A stretch of 63,011 nucleotides of DNA, counting the filler, from Thraustochytrium aureum (lineage: Eukaryota), in NCBI GenBank assembly GCA_012862495.1. It is 4 parts of 2 records of this genome, joined end to end, with 100 filler letters (N's around TTAATTAATTAA, not from the genome) between each part and the next. Parts side by side here need not be neighbours in the genome. Positions count along the whole stretch, not along the records: positions 44,701 to 56,072 come from BLSG01000086.1; positions 56,173 to 63,011 come from BLSG01000088.1; 2 more parts are not named here. One strand, written 5' to 3'. Positions 46,616-57,636 of the stretch are shown here, piece by piece. The first letter of the stretch is position 1. Every line of letters starts with the position of its first letter. Below the pieces are notes generated by a model. The model was not told where the DNA came from and ran no database searches. It saw nothing but the letters and a program-made list of their open reading frames with translations. A program made the translations under genes and the position numbers.

Positions 46616-48422
46616 TCAGGCCATAGTGAGAGAGACCGAGTGGAGTCCGGGACCGGCCTTGTGGTCGTGCTTGTACACAATGTGCTGGTTGGCCCGGTCG
46701 TACTCGAAGGTGCCGTCGGAAACGGTGCANNNNNNNNNNNNNNNNNNNNNNNNNNNNNNNNNNNNNNNNNNNNNNNNNNNNNNNNNNNNNNNNNNNNNNN
46801 NNNNNNNNNNNNNNNNNNNNNNNNNNNNNNNNNNNNNNNNNNNNNNNNNNNNNNNNNNNNNNNNNNNNNNNNNNNNNNNNNNNNNNNNNNNNNNNNNNNN
46901 NNNNNNNNNNNNNNNNNNNNNNNNNNNNNNNNNNNNNNNNNNNNNNNNNNNNNNNNNNNNNNNNNNNNNNNNNNNNNNNNNNNNNNNNNNNNNNNNNNNN
47001 NNNNNNNNNNNNNNNNNNNNNNNNNNNNNNNNNNNNNNNNNNNNNNNNNNNNNNNNNNNNNNNNNNNNNNNNNNNNNNNNNNNNNNNNNNNNNNNNNNNN
47101 NNNNNNNNNNNNNNNNNNNNNNNNNNNNNNNNNNNNNNNNNNNNNNNNNNNNNNNNNNNNNNNNNNNNNNNNNNNNNNNNNNNNNNNNNNNNNNNNNNNN
47201 NNNNNNNNNNNNNNNNNNNNNNNNNNNNNNNNNNNNNNNNNNNNNNNNNNNNNNNNNNNNNNNNNNNNNNNNNNNNNNNNNNNNNNNNNGTTGAGGTCTT
47301 GCAGGCCGGCGAACCCCGTGCTCGGTTCGTTGAGCGTGTCGTAGCCCAGCACGTTGGGCTCGTTTTTGAGGGCCTCGGCGAGCTGGGCGACAGCATTGAT
47401 GTAGTGGCTCTGCAGGAAGTCCTGCACGGGCTGGCCGTCCACAAGCGTGTTCGGCGCAAACGTGTTTCCCGCAAAAAAGAGCGTAAACATGGTCGCGGCC
47501 GCCAGCCGGTTGTAATTGGTGGGCCACACCATCTGCGGGAAGGGGTCGCCGTGCTCCTGGTGCGTGACGGCAGCGCCGCTCTTGTAGAGGTTTTGCAGCT
47601 CGAATCCTACTTTGGTGAGCGTCCAGGCCGGCGCCCCGTCGCCGCCCGTCCAGCGAGACCAGACGTCCTGGTGCGGGTCGATAAACACGCTGATCCCGTG
47701 CTCGGCGCACTTGCGGACGACGGCCTGGACGTACTCGATGTACTTGGTATCGTATTGGCCGGGCCCGGCGTGCTCGATGGCCTCCCACGTGACGAGGAAC
47801 CTCAGGAACGTGAACCCCCACGACCGGAGCCGGCCTAGGTGCTCGTCGGCCTCCTCGAGCGGAAAGGGGCGCCCCACAAAGGAAACTGTCTCCGTGTCGT
47901 AAAACTCGCGCTTGCGCCAAGTCGCGCCGTCCGGCGAGGTGGGTACTTTGGTGTCGCCTCCGAGATTGACGCCACGCAGCAGCAGCACGCGGCCCTGTTC
48001 GTCGCGAAAGTGCTCCTCGTCGCAAACCAGCCGCGGCCCAATCGCCGGCAAGGTCGGCAGGTCGGCGAGGGTGCGAAAGGGCTGCTTCCCGTAGAGCTCG
48101 AGCCGCTGGTCCACCGCGGGGGTCTTCAGGTACAGAACGCTCCACATGGCAAACCCGATCGCAGACGCGCTCACAAGCAGCGACCCGACGCGGGCCTTGC
48201 CCCCGCCACAGAACCCGACGAGCGTCGCACCGTACAAAACCATGCCGAGCGTCCCCATCGAGAACGCGACCATCAGCTCTGGCTCCATCCCGGACATTTT
48301 GTAAGACAGCACGGTCATGAGCGGCACGACGAACCTGTCTCTCGCATTGAGAGCAAAGGCGTCGTCCGTCACAAGCCTGCCGAGGTCGCCAGTCCGACGG
48401 CCTCGAACACCTTGGCCATCAT
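46616..48422 (-). CDS. GH5 glycolipid hydrolase (endoglycoceramidase-related / steryl-beta-glucosidase, EGCrP/Egh1-type) with N-terminal TM segments; gap 46730-47289; start uncertain
   Basis: LLRGVNLGGDTKVP, VSFVGRPFPLEEADEHLGRLRSWGFTFLRFLVTWEAIEHAGPGQYD, DPHQDVWSRWTGGDGAPAWT, AAATMFTLFFAG and acid/base motif TLNEP. Short C-terminal beta segment (VSDGTFEYDRANQHIVYKH) after the gap. Confidence 0.88.
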
Positions 48423-48886
48423 CGTCCCCACCGTCGCGCCGCCCGGCCTTCCCAACCGCACAGCAGCGCCCCGGCGTTCGTATTCAGGACGCCTTCACCG
48501 TCCCCTCTCCCGCTCTCCGCTCGCGCTCTCCAGCGGCCTCACGCGCCGGTGGCTCCTGGCTCATTCGGCGTCTGCTCCTCCTCCTCCGCGTCTGCTCCTC
48601 TCCTCCCCATCAGCATTCAGGATTCAGAACAGAAGATTGTTCGCTGTTCGCGCCGCGCGTCACGTGTGCACCCTCGGTGTCGAGAGCAACGCGTCCGAAG
48701 GGCATTGTCCGAACATTGCGCATTGTCCGGCCATAGGCGGGCGGGGTCGAGCGCGCCCGAGGCCCGGCTGAGGCCCAGCGGACCAGTTGCTGCGTGCTGC
48801 GTGTTGCGCGCTGGCCTCCTGGACGTGCTGCGCAGGGCCTGCGGAGTTCTACTTGGGTACCGGGGCAGGGACGACGTGACAAGACA

Positions 48887-49957
48887 ATGGCGACCGCGAA
48901 TGGCGCGCCTGGAAGTGCGGCCAAGTCGACGCTCGAGACTGTCAGAACGCTGCCGAGGTGGGCGAAGGCGCTGCTGGCCCTCGGCACCTGGAGGGCCGCT
49001 TGGATGGCTGTGCAAGCGGTCAAGTGGCTGAGGCAGTCCGGGGCGATTGGGCTGCGCAAGGTGGACCTGCTGTCAAGGTACACGGGTTTGAACAAGGCTT
49101 GGGCTGTGGTTACAGGAGGCGGCAAAGGTATCGGCCTCGCGTTCTCTGAGGCTATGGCCAAGCGCGGGTTCGACGTGCTGATGGTAGCGCGCGACGGCGC
49201 AGCGATGGCGGTGGCTTGCCAGGACATCGAGGCGCGGTTTGGCGTCAAAGCGCGGTTCGTTGTCTGCGACTTGTCCACTACGTTCCTCGACGACGCCTCG
49301 GCGCGCGCGCTGCTCGGGGAAATTGAACGCGTGACAGAAGGCGGCGACATCGCGATCCTCTGCTCGATTGCGGGCAACTCGGACCTCGCGCGGCACATGA
49401 CCGACCACCCGCTCGCGCGCAACAGGTCGTTGCTGCTTCTCAACGCTCTCGCGACGCTCGGCATCATCCAGCTGCTCCTGCCCAAGCTGGTGCACCGCTC
49501 TTGCAAGTCGGCGATCATAACGTGCGGCGCGCTGACTGCGTTCGGCGGCGGCACGCCCGGGTTTGCCACGTCGTCGGCGAACAAAGCCTATGTCAGGTAC
49601 TTGACGCAAGCCATATCGAAAGAGTACGAAGACGACATTGACATCATGTGCGCGCACCCCCTCGCGGTGGAGTCCAATATCGTAAAGACGGCCAAGAGGG
49701 TCCACGTTGCAGCCAAGCCGGAGCATTTCGCTGAGGGCGTGCTCAACAGACTCGGCCAAAGTCCTCCAATCCGTGCCACCTACGGGATGGCCTGGCAGGA
49801 CGCTTTGGCCAGTGTCTTGCAATGGCGCGCTGCTTGGGGCGACATTGAGGGCTTTCTGTCAAGTTCGCTCGGCAACGTGCCGCGGTTCGCGGAGATCTTG
49901 GACCGACCGATCAAGCTGGAGCGCATCCGCGACAAGCTCGAGCTCGGCGCGATCTGA
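48887..49957 (+). CDS. Short-chain dehydrogenase/reductase, 17beta-HSD12/KCR-like, with degenerate active site
   Basis: N-terminal hydrophobic anchor, WAVVTGGGKGIGLAFSEAMAKRGFDVLMVAR cofactor motif, and the YxxxK position read as SSANK. Confidence 0.8.
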   Translation: MATANGAPGSAAKSTLETVRTLPRWAKALLALGTWRAAWMAVQAVKWLRQSGAIGLRKVDLLSRYTGLNKAWAVVTGGGKGIGLAFSEAMAKRGFDVLMVARDGAAMAVACQDIEARFGVKARFVVCDLSTTFLDDASARALLGEIERVTEGGDIAILCSIAGNSDLARHMTDHPLARNRSLLLLNALATLGIIQLLLPKLVHRSCKSAIITCGALTAFGGGTPGFATSSANKAYVRYLTQAISKEYEDDIDIMCAHPLAVESNIVKTAKRVHVAAKPEHFAEGVLNRLGQSPPIRATYGMAWQDALASVLQWRAAWGDIEGFLSSSLGNVPRFAEILDRPIKLERIRDKLELGAI

Positions 49958-49966
49958 AGACGCCGG

Positions 49967-50102
49967 CCGCATGCTGGCATCTGTGGCGACCGGTTTCGCG
50001 CCAACTCCACGCCGCCGCCGCCGCCGCCGCCGCCGCCGCATGCTGGCATCTGTGGCGACCGGTTTCGCGCCAACTCCACGCCGCCGCCGCCGCCGCCGCC
50101 GC
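49967..50102. repeat. Tandem duplication, 2 x ~69 bp, each ending in a (GCC)n tract
   Basis: CCGCATGCTGGCATCTGTGGCGACCGGTTTCGCGCCAACTCCAC(GCC)n starts at 49967 and again at 50036. Confidence 0.9.
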
Positions 50103-50346
50103 TCCAACCCCGCGCCGATCCCGCGTCAACCATCAGCTTGTCTCTTGGCCATTCTTGCCAACGAAACCGAATCAAGCAGGTNNNNNNNNNNNNNNNNNNN
50201 NNNNNNNNNNNNNNNNNNNNNNNNNNNNNNNNNNNNNNNNNNNNNNNNNNNNNNNNNNNNNNNNNNNNNNNNNNNNNNNNNNNNNNNNNNNNNNNNNNNN
50301 NNNNNNNNNNNNNNNNNNNNNNAAGCGAGGGAACCATGACCTCTAG

Positions 50347-51761
50347 CTAGTTGTTCCGCTTCTTGCGGGCCTTGAGGAGCTTTTTCTCCAGCTCCTGGCG
50401 GCCCTGCGACGGGCGAATGTCGAAGCGCGCTTCCTCGGGATTGCGGCGCGACTCCGTCGGCACGTTCTTAAACTCAAAGTTCATTTGCTGCGGGATGCGA
50501 GCACGCAGCTGCGGCTTCTCATCGCCCGCCTCTCCGCCCGCACCGCCTTTCCGCGCAAGGCTTCCAAGGCCCCCGTCCGCTAGCTGCGCGTCCTCCTCTT
50601 TGCGCCTTTTGCGGGGCGGCGTGGAGGAGCGGGGCGCGTTCTGCTCGTCTCCAGGACCTTCCGCGCCGCCCAGCACCGGGCGCCTCGAGAACACCGTTCG
50701 CGACCACTCGCGGATCAGCGCGCTGAGCTTGTCCTTGTTGGCAGGGAGCTCCTTGGGGTGGTTGCACAGAAAGTTGACAACCTTGCCGAAGTGGGACTTT
50801 TCCAGGTGGTCCAGCTCGATGCGCAGTTGCGGCAGCACCTCGATGACGCGGTTGCGGATTGTTTGTGCTGGTAGCGACTTGTCCACCTTGGAGGGGCGCA
50901 ACCACTCGCCCAGGATCTTGAGGGCCCCGCGCTCCAGCATCGTCGCCTGCATGTCCTTCCGCAAGAGGCTCAGGATGACCTCCTCTAGCATCCCCAGTTT
51001 GTGCATGGCCGGCTTTTTGCTTGCCCGAGCCTGGTTGTCGCGGAGCACGGCCTCCTTCATGCGCAAGAGTACTTCGTCCACCATGCGGTCCATCTCCTCT
51101 TGGGGGATCTCTTTCTTGCGCGTGGCGTTTCGGCGCTTGGCCATGCCTTGCACCACGCCCTTGAACGACTTCGGGTCGGTATCCTCGTCCGCGGCTTGTG
51201 ACGAGCCGCCTGCGCCGTTGGTCGGGCGCTTCCCGCCATCATCGTCGCTGTCCGGCTCTGGCTTGTCTTCGTCACCATAAGGGTCATCGTCTGACTCGTA
51301 CTCCTTTTGGCCCTTGTAGGATTCCACGAGTTCGGCGTTGTCGTCGTCATCTGCAATAAAGTTGTCGCCCCCGTCGTCACCGCCGCCTTTCTTTCCGCGT
51401 TTGCCCGCCCCGGCGCCGCCCTTGCGCAGCTTGCCGCCTTTCTTCAGGATGCGCTTGCCGCCTTTCTTCTTGGCTGTTTTGCCCTTCGCGTCCTCGTCCT
51501 CGTCCGAGGATGAACCCGAGCTCACATCGCTGCCCTTGTCCGTCGTGCTTTTCCCCTTTGAAGGAGCCTTCTTGGCCTTTGCTTTCCCCTTTCCTTTGAC
51601 CAGCGTCTTCTTCTTCGGCTTGTCCGAGTCGTCCGAGTCCGAGTCGAACTGCAGCCCAGTCTCTTTCGCCTCCCCGGCCCCTGATCGGCGTTCTTCTTCA
51701 ACGACTCGGCAACCTCGTTCACGTCCTGGCTCTGTTCATCGTCGCTGCCGAGCGTGTCCAT
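50347..51761 (-). CDS. IWS1: IWS1/SPN1 transcription elongation factor (TFIIS N-terminal-like domain); frameshift near 51670
   Basis: Acidic/Lys-rich N-terminus, then LLRMKEAVLRDNQARASKKPAMHKLGMLEEV...LGEWLRP..DKSLPAQTIRNRVIEVL...LEKSHFGKVVNFL..HPKELPANK...LIREWSR, and a C-terminal RARIP motif. Confidence 0.88.
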
Positions 51762-52465
51762 CGCGGCGCTTTCGTACGGCCCCGCTGCTCGCTTCCCGTG
51801 CTGGCCCTTCGCAGGGATCGCGAGCGCTCCAAGCGAATCCGCAAAGTACCGCACGAGCCGAAACGGGCCTGGGCCGCGCCGCAGCTCCTCGTCGCCCGGC
51901 GTCCGCGTCCTCGGCCTCGATCGGGGACTGCGGCTGCACGCGCGAGCCAAGCTCGCTCNNNNNNNNNNNNNNNNNNNNNNNNNNNNNNNNNNNNNNNNNN
52001 NNNNNNNNNNNNNNNNNNNNNNNNNNNNNNNNNNNNNNNNNNNNNNNNNNNNNNNNNNNNNNNNNNNNNNNNNNNNNNNNNNNNNNNNNNNNNNNNNNNN
52101 NNNNNNNNNNNNNNNNNNNNNNNNNNNNNNNNNNNNNNNNNNNNNNNNNNNNNNNNNNNNNNNNNNNNNNNNNNNNNNNNNNNNNNNNNNNNNNNNNNNN
52201 NNNNNNNNNNNNNNNNNNNNNNNNNNNNNNNNNNNNNNNNNNNNNNNNNNNNNNNNNNNNNNNNNNNNNNNNNNNNNNNNNNNNNNNNNNNNNNNNNNNN
52301 NNNNNNNNNNNNNNNNNNNNNNNNNNNNNNNNNNNNNGTGATTCTGGCTGTCTGGTTTGCTGCCTGGCTTCTGGCTGCCTGGCTTCTGGCTGCCTGGGCT
52401 TCTCTCGCCGACCGGCGGCGGTGGTTGAGCAAGGCTTTGGTTGCTGAGGCAACAGCTGGTCGGGG

Positions 52466-53537
52466 ATGAAGCGGCAACGAGACGAGGCCGCGCCAGCTGG
52501 CAAGTCTCCGCTGCTAGAGATTCTAGAGGCTGGTGTGGACGCGCACACGCTGGTGCGGTCGCCCGATGGGTCCGTGTTTACAGGGTTCGCCAACTTTGAC
52601 GACCTGGCCAATAGCGCGTGCGTGTTCATGCCGATGAACTCGAACCGCGCGATCAACGCGCACGTCGTTGAAGAGCGGGTGAGAGCGAATCGCGCCAGGT
52701 TGCGCGAATCCGGGTCGTATTGCGACTTTGGACAGATAAACTTTATTGTGATCAACAGCGAGCCATCCCGCACGTTCTTCATTATGGACGGGCAGCACCG
52801 ATGCGCCACCATGAAGGCGCTGCTTCCGTTCAACCACCCGATCAACTTTCAGTTCCGCGTTAAAGTGGTGGACACGGAGGCGCAGGCTTCGGAAGAACTC
52901 TTGCACTTTCAAAACAGCTACCCAAGCGACCCGCGGTCGTTCTTCGCGACGCAAAAGCAGACAGCGCTGGCCACTTCGTGCCTTGAGCTGATGCGGTCAA
53001 CTTTCGACAACGAGCTGTTCAAGGATGTCGACATCGTCTCGCGCGTGGGGAAACGAACCGGTAAGTGCACTATCGCGCTCGCAGTACACTGCTCTCAGCC
53101 CGCTAACTCATCGGCCCGCCCTGCTCGCCGCCGCCGCCGCCGCCGATACAGGAGACCCGCCGAGGCCGTACTCGACGGACTACACCTTCTTTGGCCTCTT
53201 GCATGACTCTGGGCTGCTCGAGGAGTACGAGTCGGAGGAGCAGGTGATGACCAAGCTGCTCTATATGAATGAGGTGATGCTAGATCTTGCCAAGAGGCGC
53301 AAGCTCTCGAGCCTCGGGCCTGGCGTGACGGCCGGCATGGTTGCGCGCGCCAAGGGCTGCCTCCTCGGCCTCTTCCGGCCAGGCAAGCTCGAGTGGTGCG
53401 AACTCAAAGGCCGACTCGAGGACTTTGAGGCCGGCCTGCGGCCCGAGCCAGGTAGCGGGCCGGACAGCCCGCCACAGGACGAGGAAGGCGGGAGCGGTCG
53501 ATCCGCCAAGCGCCGCAAGAGCGGCGGCAGTGCTTGA
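52466..53537 (+). CDS. DGQHR-motif (ParB/DndB-like fold) protein, two exons 52466-53060 and 53152-53537, ~326 aa
   Basis: NRAINAHVVEER...FGQINFIVI...FFIMDGQHRCATMKALL...VKVVDTEAQASEELLHFQNSYP, with DGQHR at 52787-52801. The intron joins the two ORFs of the track in frame (...KRTG|DPPRPYSTDYTFFGLL). Confidence 0.75.
53061..53151 (+). other. Spliceosomal GT-AG intron (91 nt, phase 1)
   Basis: GTAAGT donor, GCTAAC branch site at 53102-53107, (GCC)n tract, ACAG acceptor; restores a continuous frame. Confidence 0.85.
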
Positions 53538-53576
53538 TCTGGCCCGGCTGCGCCTCTCGCGCAGCGATGGCTCCAA

Positions 53577-54958
53577 CTAGGCAGCCCAGAGGCCTACCAC
53601 GGCCAGAACCCCACTGGTCGCGACCAAGATGCACTTTGCGCCAAGCCCCACGTGCGCGGAATAGAAAAACGCCGCGCCGGTGGCGAGGCTCTGCCAGAGT
53701 TTGAAGTGCGCAAACGCGAGCTTTACGCGCACACCAGACGCTTGCGCGCTATCGCTGGCCTCCTTTGCGCTGTACGCTGAGGCGATGAACGCCGTGATTA
53801 GCGTGTTTAGCGCGGCGTCAGTGAATCCCAGTATCGCTGCGATGCAAAGGAGTGTGGCCCAGCGTGCGCCGCTCGAGCCGCCGAGGTGGCCGTCGTCGAG
53901 CGCCAGGCCGATCAGGAGCGCCACAACCACTTGCATCACACAACCGAGCGTCATGAGGTATCTGCCGGTTCGGGGCGAGCTGGCGCCCACGCGACCTAGA
54001 ACCCACGACATAGCTGCGTTGGTGCCGCCGAAACTGACCATGACCAGCGGCACATAGGCCTCGCCGACAGCAGGCTTGACGACAAACGCGGTAAACTCGC
54101 CCCACGCAAACGCGGCCTCCATGCCGCTGTAGAAAAACAAGGGAAGGAGTGAGCGGAGCTTGCTATCTTGTGAGAGAATCGTCATCATGTTCACCGATGG
54201 CGCTGCAAAGCCGGCACGGCTGCCGCCCGCAAGAAGTACCTCGTCGCTATCGGAGCGCGCCTCCATGCCGAGGGATTCGGCGAGCGCCGCCGCGTCGTGG
54301 CCCCTGTTGTGGTCTGCTGCCTCCGACGGCGCTGCGACAAAGTTGTGCGTCGCGAGGTCCTCTGGTCGCTTGAGCCAGGTGCTTAGCAGAGTGCCGGCTG
54401 CGGCGCTGAGGGTGAAGAACGTGAACAAGAGGTTAACTGTTGACTCGGGCACGTGCGTGGCGTCGCCGTTGGTCTCGCTCTCAATTGAGGTTTCGTTCTC
54501 GGACGAGCCGGCGCGCAGGATCGCGAACGCCGCCACGTTGCCGACGAGCTGCGAGGACTGGTAGATGCAGAAGAAAATTCCGCTGCCCTTGCTGCAGCTT
54601 GTCGGTCGGCGCCAGCGCCGACGAAACACGCCCTGCGCGCTCCACAGCACTGCCGCGCCAAACCCGAGCAGCGCCGCTGCGGGCACCATCGCAGCCCACT
54701 TGCCCGTCAGGTTGCTCGCCACAAACAGCACATAGGTGGACAGCCCGCGCAAATCGCCCTGCGGACGCCCGCTGCCGCCAGGACCCCGCGGCGCCACCAG
54801 CTCGACACGGTCAACACGGCGTACACCGTCCCAAGCGAGACAGTCCCAAGGCTGCCGGGCCTCAAGGTAGACTCGAGGCTCTGTGTCGTGCTGAACGCCA
54901 GAAACACCAGAAAGAAGCTCGCCGACAGCACCAGCAGCTGCGCGTCCTCTGCCGCCAT
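53577..54958 (-). CDS. UNC-93-like MFS membrane protein (frameshifts at ~54600-54800)
   Basis: MAAEDAQLLVLSASFFLVFLAFSTTQSLESTL, LLGFGAAVLWSAQG, GIFFCIYQSSQLVGN, LLPLFFYSGMEAAFAWGEFT, AFAHFKLWQSLA: UNC-93 family motifs, about 12 TM segments. Confidence 0.85.
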
Positions 54959-56072
54959 CGTGTCGCTCGCCTGCCGGGCCCGCGACCGCGCCAGCCCCAA
55001 ACAAACGCTCACTCGCGCAAGGGGTCTGCCTGCCTGCGCGCCTTTCGATCGGGCAACTTACTGCTTTTACCGATCCTCTTCAAGCAAAATTATTCACAAG
55101 TAAGCGCCGCGACAGCCCATGAGACGATAGCGACGGGGTATATTCGCCCCCAAGAGCATTTTTCGACGCGGGGCGAAAACGCAAGAGGGTAAATCGAGGA
55201 GAGAAGGGAACTGGCTGAAAGCGGATGGCATTTGGATTTTTGTGTGGCTCCAGACGACGACGCTTGCGGTGCAGCAGAGCCCGAACGGGAGGGAGAGAGC
55301 GCGAGGCCGAGGGGCCGGCCGGCCCGCCGGTGGCGAAGGCCGGGGTGGGCCGGCCGCGGGCCGACCGGAGGTAACGGCCGGATCGGCCGGCTGCGGGCCG
55401 ACCGGTGGAGGACGGCCGTGCCAGGTTTGCTCGACTGTTCGAGATCGGATGTAAGTGCTCGTCGAAGAGTGGCACGGGTGGCGGCGGGCGCGCCAGTGAA
55501 GAAATCCAATGCGACAGATGCAAACCCATGACGATCCTTTATTAAGTCAGAACCGTTTCTGGAGGCACAGTGGCCCGGGGGGGGGTGAGGTGAGATTGGG
55601 TGCTGCAGTGGTGGCCAGCCGCTGACAGACTCGTGTCTGGAACTATAGCTCTTGCGAGGTATGCGCGCGGTTTCGTGCTCGCATGCGTGTGCCGCTTGGC
55701 AGTAATCCGCGTGCGTTTGAGGCGTGCGGCTCAGCAACAGTACGTTCGATTGACGTCGCGACGGCTAGCTAGACGAAGATGGGGGTGGCAGCGCCGGTTT
55801 GGTGGTGCCTTTGCAGGGACCCGTGCAGCCTGCCTTCGACAGCAAGGACTTGGCAACCACAGTGGCGGGCCTGCTCGGTGACGAATATTTATTTCCTTCT
55901 GATTTTCCAGTGACGAATCATTGATGATTCACCCGAGAGCAGGCCCGTCTACCAAAGGCTGCAGGGCGCCGGCAGTTCGAAAAGCATGGGACAGGCGAAA
56001 CGCAGGCGTGTTGGCGGGGCGAGGGCGAATCACCTTTGGGGAGTACCATAGAGACTGACGTAGATGATGTTT

Positions 56073-56172
56073 NNNNNNNNNNNNNNNNNNNNNNNNNNNN
56101 NNNNNNNNNNNNNNNNTTAATTAATTAANNNNNNNNNNNNNNNNNNNNNNNNNNNNNNNNNNNNNNNNNNNN
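56073..56172. other. Artificial scaffold-joining linker
   Basis: N44-TTAATTAATTAA(56117-56128)-N44. Confidence 0.95.
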
Positions 56173-57425
56173 AGCGAGGGCTGGCCAGGGTCGCGCAGCT
56201 TGTGGAGCGCAAAGTCAAAGCCCTCCACGTAGAGGATGTCGAACGCGACAAAGCAGACCCACCGCGTCTCTGCGGGCGACTCGAGCGCTCCGCCCGCCAA
56301 GAGCCGCTCGCGCACATCTAGCGCAATGGTGCGCAGGCTCCCAAACTCGGTAAACATGTTGAGCTCGCTGTCCCAGCCCATCACCTCCCCGTCGATGATG
56401 CAGCGCGTCACGCTCACGCAGGCCTCGAACACGGGCTCCAGAGCGATACGGTAACTGTACTTTGCGCCAAGGTCCGTCCCGCGCCGCGAGAAGAGCTTGA
56501 GCTTGTCGTCGCCGCGCGCAGTGTGGTCAAAGTGACCCAACATGCGCACCCCGTCGAGCTTCTCCTCGATCGCGAAATCCGAGCCGCGAAACTTGGCAAA
56601 GCTCTCTTTCACGTCGGTGCACTTGAACGAGAGCATGGGCAGCGCGCAAGCTCCAAACTGTACCTGCGGCGTGAGTCGCACGCTCGGGTCGCGGATTTCG
56701 GCGCAGAGCCGGCGGAGGTCGAGGTGCGTGTTGTACTGCTTGAGCGCATCGGGGTGGATCCAGGCGAGCAGGGTTTCGTACTTGAACCCGCACTTGAGGT
56801 CCTTGAGGATGATGCGCAACATGTACTTGATCTCAAGGGCGTCCATCACGGTGATCATCTTTTGCAAGACCTTGACCTTGTCGCTCTCCCCGTCGGCAAA
56901 GGCCAGTTCGTCCAGGAGCGCATTCACCTCGCCCACGGTCAGGTGCTTGCTCGGGTTTTTCATGTCAGCGAGAACCTCGCTCACAACAGCGGAGAGATCG
57001 CCTACGCTACTCGACGTCCCCGCAGTGCTGGGCACAGTTCCGACGTGGTTGTCGCGCCACCCCAGGATGCGCTTGGCCTTCTGGTGATCTTTGCTCCACC
57101 CGTTCGCGCTCACGATGAGCTTGGCCAGGCTGCGCTCGCGGATGCCGTATCGGCCCCGCTCGCGCTCCGTCTCTGGCGCCAAGAGCCTTATCATCGGGTA
57201 CAACGACTGCTTCCCGAACTGCTCGAGAAACCTGCGAGGCAGCAGCTTGGCGTACTTTGCGCTCTGCTTGCCCGCCTTGACCTCCTTCAGCTGCTCGAGC
57301 CGCACGCACAGCTTGCGAAACCTGATCGCCTCCGCGCGATCCGTGGGGCCTTCCGTGTACGACCCGAGCTGGGCGCCGGAAGCTTCCAGTGGTGGCCGGT
57401 GGTCATCCCGCCGAAAATCCATCAT
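56173..57425 (-). CDS. LIG4: DNA ligase IV, N-terminal DNA-binding and adenylation domains (3' end lost at scaffold end)
   Basis: SLYPMIRLLAPETERERGRYGIRERSLAK, LTVGEVNALLDELA, EIKYMLRIILKDLKCG, HPDA; motif I IEEKLDGVRM; FSRRG; motif III CIIDGEV; motif IIIa CFVAFDILY. Confidence 0.88.
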
Positions 57426-57636
57426 CAGCCCGGCTCCGAAGACGCAAAAAACCAACGAACGGCGGCCGGAGCAGAACCAGCCGCGCCAGCCCTGACCAGG
57501 CGAGAGAGCAAAGCTGTTCGCGCGCCCCGCGCGCGCTCCCGGTCCCGGTCCCGCGGCGTCCGAGCGTGCCTCCCGCGTCTCGTTGCGGCTCTGCTGCTGC
57601 GTGGCCAAATTCCCAGGTTCCCATTCCGCGCACCCC

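Noticed and set aside
49967..50102. 69-bp repeats as a CRISPR-like array
   Set aside because: Only two identical units with no unique spacers, next to a gap and GCC microsatellites; local slippage or an assembly duplication.
55895..55930. SECIS-like ATGA-N11-AAA on the minus strand
   Set aside because: No complementary 3' helix or GA quartet partner, and no upstream selenoprotein ORF is visible.
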